From: Vitrella brassicaformis CCMP3155
Lineage: Eukaryota > Protista > Chromerida
Length of the DNA: 64,000 nucleotides
NCBI GenBank assembly: GCA_001179505.1
Contig: CDMY01000257.1
Coordinates: 62,001-126,000 of the forward strand
Direction of reading: 5' to 3'
Both the position numbers and the translations under genes were made by a program. Below, in pieces: positions 48,001-59,736 of this stretch; the stretch's first letter is position 1; every line of letters begins with the position of its first letter. The notes beneath the pieces are model-generated. The model was not told the origin of the DNA. It did not search any database and was given only the letters and a program-made list of their open reading frames with translations.

Positions 48001-50700
48001 AGAGTCTCCGGCTCGCTCACCCCATCCAGCTACTCACTTGCCCACTTACCTACCCACTTATCCACCTGTTGTGCCCACCAACAGTGTACCATAGAAGCCC
48101 CCTCCCTCCTCCTAAGGCTACCTGCCTGTCTGTCGGTTGGCTACCTTCCCCCTGAGTGAGTGCGTCCATCTACAAGTGTATCTATCTACCTTCGCCCATT
48201 CATTCGTCCATTCGTCCGTTGATTTCATCATTGCATCATATCACTACTGGGCGGTCTCGTGTAAAGGGGAGGGAGGGGGGCATTGTATGTATCTATGTGT
48301 GTGTGTTCGTATGTCTCGATCGTCTGTAATCATGGCTTACGAGTCGCTATCCCTCTGGCTCTCTCGGCCTGCCTGCCTGCCTTTTTGACCACGCGGCATC
48401 TAACCCTCACTGGTAAATGGCTGACAGTCGGATCGAGGAAGCCACACTGACATTGCGTAACAAACATGGGTGGGTGGGTGGCCATCAGACAGCGTGTGGG
48501 TGTTTTTTCGCTGCACGAACCAACGAACACACGCTGTCGTGTGTCTCGCGTCCCGTGTCCTGACGCCCCTGCCGGGCCCGTCTGCCACTTGTGCGGCGGG
48601 TGTCTTTCATCTCGTCTCCGCACCAGTGCCAGCCAGGCCCTGGTGGTGCATCAGGAACACGTCAGCAAGACTCGCTGCACGCGCGCTGCGTTTTTGCTCT
48701 CGGCTGGACGGTCCACACACGAATGAACGGATGGCTCATCGATTGCCTTGTCACTCAGCTCTTGTCCCAAACCACGGCACACAACTTACTTTCAGAGAGG
48801 GAGCCAGTGAGACCGGTAGACAGACAGGTGGTGGGGACTCAGCGAGCATCATTATTTTTCTGTACAGTATGGCCTCTCCTCCCCCCCCCGGGCGCTTCTT
48901 GACGACTTCACCAGCTAGCTACCCGACTCACATGCTACCGGTAGACAGACAGACAGACAGACCAAACCATACCACGTCGGTGATGCTGTTCCTCGGTCGG
49001 GTGGCTTGGTGGGTCGCAAAGGTCTGCTGGGGCGGGCTGGGCTCAAGTGGTGGGACGGCCGACAGAGGCCCTGACTGAATGGCTGGGTGTGGGTGTGGGG
49101 CGCTGGAGGGTTGGGTGTTAAATACAGGGACGTAGAAGGACAGACAGACAGACAGAGACTGCAGCGATCGATGCCGCTGACATTGCATTGCATTGCACTG
49201 CATTGCATGGCACTCATCGCGGCGCGGCCCTCACTCATTCACTCATTCATTGACTCATTCATTCATTTGTATTTTTCTCCGCAGCCATCCGGTCAGCTCA
49301 TGACGATGGCTGCATTCGTCCATCCGTCCGTGGCGTAGGCGTAGCCCTTTTTCAATATGGCCTGCTTGACTGGCTGGCTGCTTGGCTGTCTCGCCATTCC
49401 CTTCCAACCGGTGGGTCAGCCTGTGTGAATGGAATGTGCATGTGTGTGTATGGTCCGTCCAGAGTCACCCAAGGGCGGGAGACACGAACGAGCTGGCTGT
49501 GGGCGGGTGGGAAATGGATGTCTGAATGACTCGTGGATGGGGGCAGTGGGGATGGACGGACGTCATCCACACATCCACACCGACACACATTCGGGAGAGG
49601 GAGGCAGGGAGGGAGGGACAATTCGCCGATGGATGGATGGATGGATGGCTGGATGGGGCAGTTTGTGACAGACAGGCATTGCNNNNNNNNNNNNNNNNNN
49701 NNNNNNNNNNNNNNNNNNNNNNNNNNNNNNNNNNNNNNNNNNNNNNNNNNNNNNNNNNNNNNNNNNNNNNNNNNNNNNNNNNNNNNNNNNNNNNNNNNNN
49801 NNNNNNNNNNNNNNNNNNNNNNNNNNNNNNNNNNNNNNNNNNNNNNNNNNNNNNNNNNNNNNNNNNNNNNNNNNNNNNNNNNNNNNNNNNNNNNNNNNNN
49901 NNNNNNNNNNNNNNNNNNNNNNNNNNNNNNNNNNNNNNNNNNNNNNNNNNNNNNNNNNNNNNNNNNNNNNNNNNNNNNNNNNTGTGTGGGTGTTTTTGGT
50001 AGAGGTATAGGTAGATCCCCCTCTAACCTCGCTTGTTCGATGCTGCTACTCTGTCTGTCTCCCTTACTCGACTTCGTCCTGGTGTACCATAGTGCCCCTC
50101 ACTCGCCTCGCCTACCTTGGTTTCTGCTTGGTGTACAGCCAGCCACTTCGTCTCTTATCTATCTCGTTTCGCCCCGTCCCCCTCTCTGTCAATATAACGG
50201 CATCTTCCTCTGTGTGGTGTGGTAGTCTCGTGACTGCTGCTGCTGCTGCCTTCGTGATGGGACCACTGACTTGTGGCTGGCTGAGAGGGCGGGTGGCTAT
50301 TGCTGTTGCTGCTGGCTGGTGGGTGTGGGATCGGCTGATCTGTGGTGTTGTTCGGACTTGTCTGCTAAGCTGCCAGCCTCCCAACTGTTGCATTTTTGTG
50401 CAGACTTGCATACAATACACACATACCCACATACATACATAAATGTGAGCAGAGTGTTTTGAAGTGCTAATCTGACTGACTAGTGGCTTGACTGGCCGAA
50501 TGAATGCTTGGTAGGGAGCCTACTGTGGCCGGCCGACTGACTGACTGACTGACTGGGCGGTTTGGCGTCGATCTAATTGGTATCTCTGCGGTGGGTTGCC
50601 TGCTCTCTCCCACACACACTACACTCCATTGTGGGTGGATGGGATGGATGGAGTGGGGGATGACTTATGTATGAATGAATGACTTGGATCCGTCCGTGTG
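42100..50700. repeat. About 8.5 kb of microsatellite-rich, apparently non-coding DNA
   Basis: Dense short runs of (GGAT)n, (GTCT)n/(CAGA)n, (GCCT)n, (CTGA)n, (GT)n, (CCGT)n. No ORF with coding-type codon bias or a recognisable motif. Confidence 0.8.
49683..49982. other. Assembly gap (300 N)
   Basis: Run of N bases. Confidence 1.
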
Positions 50701-50885
50701 TGCATGCGTGAATTCACTTTCTGTCTCGCTCACACCCCGCTCAGACGCAGTTGGTCTCACGCACGCACAAATAATATTGACACACAGAAGACACACATGT
50801 ACACACACAGCACCAAATCGGCACAGAGCCGCCTCGTTTCAGGTGTCCCATCTATCCGTCCGTCCATCCATCCATCATGTTTCAT

Positions 50886-53606
50886 TCATGGAGGCTTTGT
50901 CCTCTTGGGTCTTCGTCGCATCGGCCCCTCCCCACCAGCCCCTCCCACGTCATCCCCCCGTGGCTGCTGCCTGTTGGCACGTGCTGGTGCTGCTGGCGGT
51001 GCCTCACTCGGCTGCCGTGACAGCATGTCTTCTATGTCGTCTTCACTCATGCCCTCAGTCACGTGAACTGCACCACACACACACACACACACACCACTCG
51101 TCGTACGATGCTGTGAGCTGGTGCGCTGCTTACAGTGGACTGTGTTTCCGAAGTCTTTGGTCATCTGGCCGTCCTCGCCGAAGAGCCTCTCCAGGTCGCC
51201 GGCCATCATCTGCTGGAAACGATCGCTGACGGCCTCTGCTTCATCGTCGCTGTCGTCGTCGTCGCGTGGGGAGGATTCCCCTTCCTCATCAATATTGTCA
51301 TCTTCTTCCTCATAGCTCTTCTCGTCAGCAGCACGCGCCCGAGCAGCTGAGGAGCGACACAGACACACAGAAGTCAAGAAAACAATGTGTGTGTGTGTGT
51401 GTGTATGTGGTGTGTGCCGATCGACTGACTGACCATCTCTTATCCTCGGTGGCCTCCTGGGTAATGATGTGTCAGCTGGTGCTGGTGACGGCGACGCTGA
51501 TGGTGACGATAACGGTGGTATGTCAGGCCTGTCCTCCACATCCACAAACTCATCATCCCCCTCAATCCACCGAGAGAAATCCATCGGCTGCTCCTCATCA
51601 TCTCCCATCTCGGCCTCGATCTCGTCAAGGCCTTTTTCCAGCTCGTCAATGTCATCGACGCCCCCGCCGCCTTTCTCGAGAAGCGACAGCAGCGCCTCGT
51701 ACTGCTCCTCATTCAACTCGGACGTGTCGTCGCCCACAATGCCGCTGGACAGCCTCTCCAAATCCAGCTTGATGTCTTCATCCGAGAACTCCTCGGGATA
51801 GCCTTCACGCTGGGATTTGGCAGCGGCCTCAGCAGGTTCTTCCTCTCGTTCTTCCTCGTCGTCGAGCTGATCGTCGAGGTCTGTGTCGCCATCGTCGCGC
51901 AGCAGGTAGGGGAGGGCGGCTGGGAGGGAGGACGAAAGCGAGATGACCTCGTCGCTGATGCGTCAATGGATGGGCACACACACCCAACAGATATACAGGC
52001 AGGCAAGTCAGCAGACTGTGCACATGGGGGCAGTCATTGCCTTTCTGTCTGTCGCTGTTCACCTGTCCATGGACAGCAGCCAGGTCAGGTTGTCGGCGAG
52101 GCCCTCCTTTGCGGCTTGTTCCGTGAAGCCGTCATCACTCAATACAGACGAGGGCAGCAGAATGCGAGCAGACGGACCGACGGTGTCGAGCAGCTGCGCA
52201 CACACCCAACCCAACCCGCACACGCACACGCAGGCGCAATCATGTATTCATCATGCTGGCCGATCGCTCGTTGCTGCGTACCTGTTTCACTGACTCGACA
52301 GAGGGCGCCTCCGACACTGAAGACACAAAGGCACAGACAGGCAAAGCATCACAGCACATCACATCCATCGGTATATAAATCCTCCTTCCCGTCCTTACAT
52401 GCAACACCAACGACTTCCAAGTTCTGGCCTCTCTCCACAGCCTGCTCGACCAGTGCCATCCCATCAGCGTCCAGTCTTGTGAGCTCCAGCATTACTCTCC
52501 CCAGCTGGCCGCCCCCCTCTGTGTCATCCTTTTCAACCTCCTGTTCCCCTGCCAGGTCCTCAAAGCCCCCCGATCCTCTCGTGGCCGGATGTGGCAACGA
52601 TGCTGGCCGTTTCTTCCCCAGGAAGCGGGCGCGTGAGGCGCTCACCCGCCGAGGCCTCCAAGGCAGAGAGGCCTGGATGGAGAGAAGGAGACAGAGGGCT
52701 GAGTGCATTGTATGTCAGATCGTCTTGCCCGTGTCGGTGGATACCTCTTTGCCTGCCAGGACGCCATCGATGGCCGCCAGTGTGTCGATTGAATCGACCA
52801 GGAGGCAGGGGAGGGCCATCCCCGCGTCGCCGCTGCCGTCTTTCATGAAGGGGCTGATGACCCTCTGGACGCGCTTGGTGTTCAGAGAGCCGGTCACACG
52901 AACGACAAACTGACAGTCGTCCTCTACGTAACACACACCCAACCACATGGACACACACGTACAGCACTGATACGCATCGGTGCCTCTCCATCGATCTCAC
53001 CCACCGAAGTTGTCTTGCAGCTGCTTGACTTGCCTGCCTCCCTGCTCCATGAACACCCGCCATCCATAGTCGTAGGCAATGTCACCGTAGAGGGCTGCCG
53101 TGCGGGACATGTCCATGACCGCGGGGAGGGTGCCGCTTGTGCCCACCGATGGGAAGCGCGAGAGTATCTGGCCCTTGGTGTGGGCTAACACGCGGTCCCA
53201 CGCCATGACGGCCTCCTCAGACACCCGCTCACCTTCCTCCACCTGATGAATCAGTTCATGACACACATCACATGACAAGAGTGATCAGGTCATGCATGTG
53301 TTGTGCTTGTGCATCTCTCTCTTGTCCGTGTTGCCTTACCCCTAGTTCGCGCACGCGGACGTCTGACTGCTTGCCAGCCATCACTGCGCGGCCACGAACA
53401 GGCCGCCCAGCACCAGGAGGACGAACATGCGGCCGTATAGGAAGCAGGAATGAGGCTACTGACGGCGCGCGGAGGTGCGATAGTGCCGCTGACGTCCCAG
53501 TGAACGGGGAAACCACAGCGATGAAAGCGGGGATGAGTCGATACGCCAGCAGAACCATCAGGAATCGATGAGGCCGCTCTCCAAGTCCACGATGCTGCTT
53601 ATTCAT
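50886..53606 (-). CDS. Multi-exon acidic protein of unknown function with a putative bipartite (signal plus transit) plastid-targeting leader
   Basis: Leader ...MVLLAYRLIPAFIAVVSPFTGTSAALSHLRAPSVASFLLPIRPHVRPPGAGRPVRGRAV (hydrophobic, then R/S/P-rich) spliced to VEEGERVSEEAVMAW... Later exons (52997-53240, 52715-52930, 52400-52670, 50886-51960) are joined by GT-AG introns. D/E-rich C-terminal half. Confidence 0.7.
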
Positions 53607-53777
53607 CCCAGATCTTCCTTTCCCTCGTCTGCGCGATTGAGCTCGCAAACGGCGACGATCCAAGGGAGAAAAATGTGCGTGCAGAAGGGAGCAATGCAAT
53701 GAGGCATGACGACGAAGCTCACCTGAACGGAGATCTGGCAATTCGAACGACGAAATCGATGGATCACTAACTGATTC

Positions 53778-56700
53778 ATGGCATCCCCTGCCTGCCCTGC
53801 GTCGGCTGCAATGGCATCCAGCCCCACCGCCGACGCATCTCCCTTGCTGCCCGGCCCTCCCCCCAAGCGCTCTCTGCGGGAGGTCATCACGGCGTGGCTC
53901 ATCACAATGAGGGTCCGATTTCACGACAGTGCGATGGAGGCTGCCTACCTCAACCAGGACCCCAGCAGCGTCTTCTACGGGCTCTACACATTGCACGGGA
54001 TGATGTGCGTCTTCTCGCTGGCGAGGTCGGTGGTGTTGGCGCAGAGCATGCCTGGATGGGGCACGGTGCCCACACTGGTGGCCCTCTATGCGCACATCGG
54101 CCTCTGGATCAACGGGCTCACAGTTATCAACGCCCTGTGCGTCATGGGGTTTCTCAAGAGCCCATGGTCTGTCGGCACGCACCTCAAAGCGGAGACCATC
54201 TTACACATGCGAGGACGCAGACGGATGCACACACACTTTCGACTGCCGTGTTCGTGTGTGTGTGGTGTTTAGGTTAATGATCAACCTGGTCCACAGCGAC
54301 CACCTGAGGGCAACGATTTGGGATGCTTTATCGGTGATCATTCCCTTGGGCCGTTTGTGGCCGCTGATGTGCAACTGCACCTTCACCCTCATGCTGCCGC
54401 CGCCACTCATCACTCTCCCCTTCCGCGTCTTTGTCGTCGGCGTGACCTTCGCCTGGTGCATCCTCCTGGAGTGCACGTGCCCACAGACTCTCATGGACAG
54501 CGGTGTCACGCGCACGCAGGTCATCAACGGGTACGTGATCGTCATCTACCCCATCCTATGCATCTTGTATCGCGACTACCAGCTGGAGACCTACTCACGG
54601 GCGCTTTTTGAACAATCATGCAAGACGACCAAAGAGCTGCAGTTCCTGGGAGCGATCTCCAACGACACTGTATTACTCACAGACGGCAAGAACAGGTGCG
54701 TGTCGCGGCTAGACGGGCGCCTGGAGGGCAGTCCCTCCATCTATGACTTCGTGCACCTCGACGACCGTGACAGCGTGGAGGAGCTCTTGCGTGACCCGCC
54801 GCGTGTGTCGTCGTCGATGAGCCAGGAGGATGGGGATGAGGGCTTCAAGTCGGAGACGGTGCGCATGGTGTTGCCCAAGAAAGGCGCCAGACACTCTTCG
54901 AGCAACTGCGGCGGGCCGCATGGCCCAGCAGGTGTGAAAGATAGATGTGTTGCCTGCCATCCACGCAGTGGTGGCCAGTGGAAGGGCGGTGCCTCGTGCG
55001 TCTTTGTGTGTGTGGTGCAGACTATCGTCACATGGAGGTGTATGTCCGTTCGTTGAGAGATGAGGAGATGCTCGGCCGCCAGTGTCTTGTATGCCTGCGC
55101 GACGTGACACAGATCACGCGCGAAAGGCAGAAGCTGGCCATGCTGCTCGAGGCTGTCAGCCAGCGGCTGGGCATCGTGGCCTGGGGGTCAGCAAGCGACA
55201 CACACAAAACACCACCAATACGTTCTTCATTCATTGTGTGTGGTTGTTCCCCTGGGTGTCCAGATGCGACTGCGTGTGTACCCCGGGAGACGACAACGCC
55301 CAATGCGGCGAGGCCGTGTTCTTCGGGACAGTCTATGAAACCGTCACTGGCAAAAAGTACGCAGATGGATCTACTGGATACTCTGTATGTCCTGCATGGT
55401 CTGGTCGGTTCATTGATTCACTGCAGGCCGCCGGACCCCTCCACGACTCCCAAGTCGGCCTCTCCCCCTTCCCCGCTTCACCGCCCCACCAGCGCGACGA
55501 CGGCCGTCCCGCCCGCCGACCTTCCACCGCCGTTTGATGCCATACACGAGAGGCCATCGCACGCCTACCTGGAGCCGCCAGACGACTGGGGCAACCGATC
55601 CATCGACAGCGAGGAGCCGGTGTCACAGCTGTCCGCCGGGTCAACCGCCATCAGAGAGTACATGGCCCTCATAAGGCGGAGGGTCGGGGTGATGGACCCG
55701 CTGATTTCTGTTGACGACGATTTGCAGCCCTGCTATGGCTTGCAAGCGCCCCTGCCACAAATGCAGCCACAGCAGCAGCCACAGCAGCGACGGGCGTACT
55801 CAGCAGTCGATGTTCGTTGCGTGTCCCGCAGCAGCAGCGGCTGCAGCGGCATACGGCCGCTTGAGGGAGACGCTGCGGTGGCCGCTGAGCGATGTGTGGA
55901 TGGGTGCGATGCCCCCCCGGCCAGGCGGGACAGCGACGGTAACTTCTGGACCAGCTGGATGCAGCACTTCGCAGAACCGGGACGGTCCAAGCTGCAGGAA
56001 GCATTCGGGGTGAGTCACACACACACACAGACACGCACAAAGCAGGTATACTGACTGTGTGTGTGCGTGTCTGTGTCTGGGCCTGGGCCTGAGTTCATTC
56101 AGCGTCTGTGCCACAATAAAGAGTCTTTCTTAATGGACCTCCAGTACGAGACGCCACAGGGCGGAGAGATTAGGTACGTAGCATGCATGATAACGTGGCA
56201 CAGTCTTGCATATGTGGGCTGTGTGTGTGTGTGTGCATGTTTTTCCAGGTCGTTTAAGGTGGGCGGGCAGGCGGATCCCGCCTGCCCTGACTTTGTGTGG
56301 GGCCTCTTCCAGGACACCACGTCGTAAGTCAGACCATCACCACACACACACAAATGGACATCTAATTGTGTATTGTGTTTCAACCTCTCTCTCTGTCTGT
56401 GCCTTCTGATGTGGTTCAGAGAGCGTATGCGTGAGCTGTCGACGCTCAATTTGACGCAGTGGCTGCAGCGGCTGGTCGAGACGCACTTCGCCGGATGGGG
56501 TGTGGCTGAGATCCAGGACACGGGCACCATCACACAGAGCTCAGCCACACTGGACGCCCTGCTGGGCAGAACCGTTCAGGTCAGTCAGTCAGTGGTGGGA
56601 TTGACATCCAGACAAGCGTCCACCCACACATCCATCCATCCCATGTTTCCCGTCTGTGCAGGGTTCGAGTGCTCGTGTGGTGTTGAGCAGCGACGCCCTC

Positions 56701-57192
56701 CAGATCTTGCGGGCGCACGGGTCCTTCAAAGACCATCCGCAGGAGGTGAGCCTGGCAGAGAGAGAGGGAGGGACAGAGGGAACAGTCAAAGAGATGCATT
56801 AGTAGAGGCCACTGACATCTGTTTTGTGTGTGTATGTGTGTGTGTGTGTGTAAGCTCCGTGTGGCTTTCACTGGCCGTCGCATTGTCCACCGTCTTCGGC
56901 TGACGGCCTTCGTGGATCGAGAAGGTAACAAAGCGAACATCCACACGCACTTGGTCAAGTCCCTGTGCGCGCCTGTCTATAGATCCCGCGCTTGTCGTCT
57001 TTGGCCTACGTGTTGAGGAGACCCGTCGGTTCCCTCCTCCGGTCAACACCCGCTGCGACGACATCGTGCTGCCCATCGACAGCCCTGATGACCTCCAGCT
57101 GCCCGTCTCGTCGCCGAGAATGCCCATCGTGCCGCCGCGGTTCGATGTGCTGGGCAGTGGGGATGGGGCCGGGCTGGTGGATCAGCCGGTGA
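53778..57192 (+). CDS. Multi-pass membrane protein followed by several PAS/PAC-like domains (putative sensor)
   Basis: RFHDSAMEAAY precedes about 6-7 hydrophobic segments. Then DFVHLDDRDSVEELL (PAS-like), VCLRDVTQ and WGLFQDTT (PAC xD[IVT]T-like ends). No output domain recognised. Confidence 0.65.
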
Positions 57193-57723
57193 GGGTCATC
57201 ATTCCACCCTCTTACCAACCGGACGACCCGTGAAGTGCATGTGTGTGTTTTGTGGATGTCTGTGTGTGTGCGTGTGTCATGGTGTGTGTGGAGCGGCGCG
57301 TCGCCAATGAGTGAGTCGGTGGTAGTGAGCCAGCGCACCCTGCGTGTGGGGCGTTGTGTGGCGAGTGAGGTTTGAAGGTTCGAGTTGGTTTATTGTAGGG
57401 CCTATGGGAGTCACGCCTGTGCTAGTCTGCGCAGAGAGGTGCATTGACTGCATGTGGTGGTTTCGTGGTCGAGTTGATGTGGTGTGATGCACGTTGAGAT
57501 TTCCCTCCCTCCCTCCCTCCCTCCCTCCCGTGTGTGTGTGCGTGCATCGATGGATGGACGGATGAAGGGATAGCTCAGTGGATGGATTCGACTAAGTGTA
57601 TGCATCAGCTACTGTGCACAGACAAGTCTACACACAACAAGGCAGCGTCATTGCATCTCTCTATGCACATGCAGCCCCGCCGCCCTGCCGCATCTCATCT
57701 CATCTCACCTCACCTCGTCTAAT

Positions 57724-59425
57724 CTAGATGAACTCCTGTGTGCTGAGGAGTAGGTCTGCCTCACACACCTGCTTCCCGTCTGCCAAAGTCACTAACGGCC
57801 CATCCAGCTCGGGTGCATATGCCGGGGGGACAGCCGCCATCAGCCTTTTGGTATAGGGCATGAACTCCGCCTTTCCCACCTCGGCTTCGATGCGCTGCAC
57901 CTCGGCCTCAGTCATCCCCGTCACCTCTGCCAGGGACTCGTCGATGAGGCCGGGCTTGATGTACTCTATCACGTTGCGCCTGTGCGGTAGGTACAGTCAA
58001 TCAATGCACACATGCGACAGACAGGCACAGTCGTGCTGTCATTTATTAACCTGTACTGATCGGTGTAGGCAAGCGCCGCCTCGAGGAAGTCCGCCTTCAG
58101 CTGGGAGACGGCAGCATTCAACGCGGCCTTCTGCTTGCGGTGGCCTAACTTGCGAGGCTGGGAGTCCCTCTGCACACACACGCAGACACACACAAACGCA
58201 CAGGAGGACAGCGCATGCAGACAGACACGCAACCCCTCGCCTCCTCCCTCACCTGTAGAGCGAGCTCGTGGCAGATGCGATCGATGGTCTCGGGCAGCCC
58301 CTTGATGTTGTTGATCTCCCACTCGATCTCTTTGCGCCACTCGTCACGCAGCAGCTTCTACCGCAGCGGCATTAGGGCAGGGTCGCGGATCACCGGATCA
58401 CCATGCATGGTCAGCCGGATAACCTCGCTCGGGCGCTTGCCTTTGCCGAACACTCGAGATGCGGCGAAGCTGACGGCGCATATGACCACCGAGTAAGGCG
58501 TCAAGTCGAACAGGTAGGACACGGAGCGACAGTTGCCGTGATCGGGGACTCGACAGAGGATCTTCCGCCAGAACAGCACGTCGACCACGATGTTGGTCCG
58601 GTTGTCGCAATTGATGAATGGGTAGACGGCGACAGGAAGGCCCCGTGCGGCCATGTCAAGAAAGGCAGCGATGGTCGTGGAGAGGACGGCAGCAACCCTC
58701 TGGCCGCACAAAACTGACAGCTCTGGACTCAGCCTCGGCGGGCCATTGGAGTTCAGTCGGGGGTTCGGTGCTGTAAGGGGGAAGAGTTGGTAACTCGGGT
58801 AAACGACGCTCTTGTCATAGAGTAAGGCGCCTGTGTCGCAGGGGGGTTGTCGATCAGGGTGGCCCCTGGTTGAGAGGCTTGACATAGCCACAAGGCAATA
58901 GAGCCGGTCGGTCTCGAACGAGGCAACCTCGGGACTCACAGCGACTTCCGTGCGATGCCCGTAGTCCTCGATTTCCCGCAAGATAGCCTGCTGCTTCTGC
59001 CGTTGCCGCTTGAAGAAGCTGTCCTCAGACATCCAGCCCAACAGATATTTGACAGCATGTGGGTTGCCGCGCACTCTCAGGTCATAGACGTAGAGCTTCC
59101 GGCCCCTCTCGCACATGGCCCTGGTGTGCCGCCCCCTCTCGACGTACTGCCGCAGACACGCCTCACTGCAATAACGGGGACTGACCTCACGCACACACCG
59201 ACTGCACACGTGGAATCGCTGGCCAGGCTCAGGTCGCTTGCCGCACACGATGCACTGCTGAAGCTCCATTTCAGGGTCAGCCGTCGAGGCGTCCATCCGC
59301 ACTTTGTAGCCGGCCATTTCGCTGAAGCTGAAGGGACGCCGGCCACCTGGGGCGCTTTGAAGTGCTGCTGGGTGGTCCGGTTGCTTCATTGGCGAGGCCC
59401 ATAGAGGCGAGGCGGGCGCCAGCAT
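57724..59425 (-). CDS. MYND-type zinc-finger protein; reading frame interrupted by TAG at 58358-58360 (intron acceptor or premature stop)
   Basis: CIVCGKRPEPGQRFHVCSRCVREVSPRYCSEACLRQYVERGRHTRAMC fits the MYND pattern. Coding-like sequence continues in frame after the TAG, through two more GT-AG introns, to a stop at 57724. Confidence 0.75.
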
Positions 59426-59736
59426 GTGCTGAGGGTGCGGCGGGCCCGGAGGAGGAGGACGAGAGCGATGGGCGCGGCAGACATAATGAATGGGTCAGCC
59501 CAACACGGCAAAAGAAAGACGCGTTCGCCGTGCCGCTTCTGCCTTTCTTACTGCTTTTGCTGATGTGTTCTCGCCTGTACACTCCTTCAAGCGATCCACT
59601 ATGCGAGCTAACCCCAGATCTCCTCCCTCTGGATGAATGGAGGCTCTTTGAGGACAGCCAGACAGTGATCCATGCTATCGTAAACTGTCCAAGATCCGAA
59701 ACTCATTCAGCAACGTACAGCTTTTGGTTCATCATC

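Noticed and set aside
49526-50225. ORFs spanning the N run
   Set aside because: Artefacts of translating the assembly gap.
42100-50700. Repeat arrays as a possible CRISPR array, telomere or transposon
   Set aside because: Only 2-4 nt microsatellites. No regularly spaced 25-45 nt repeats with unique spacers, no telomeric heptamer array, and no transposase, reverse transcriptase or terminal repeats.
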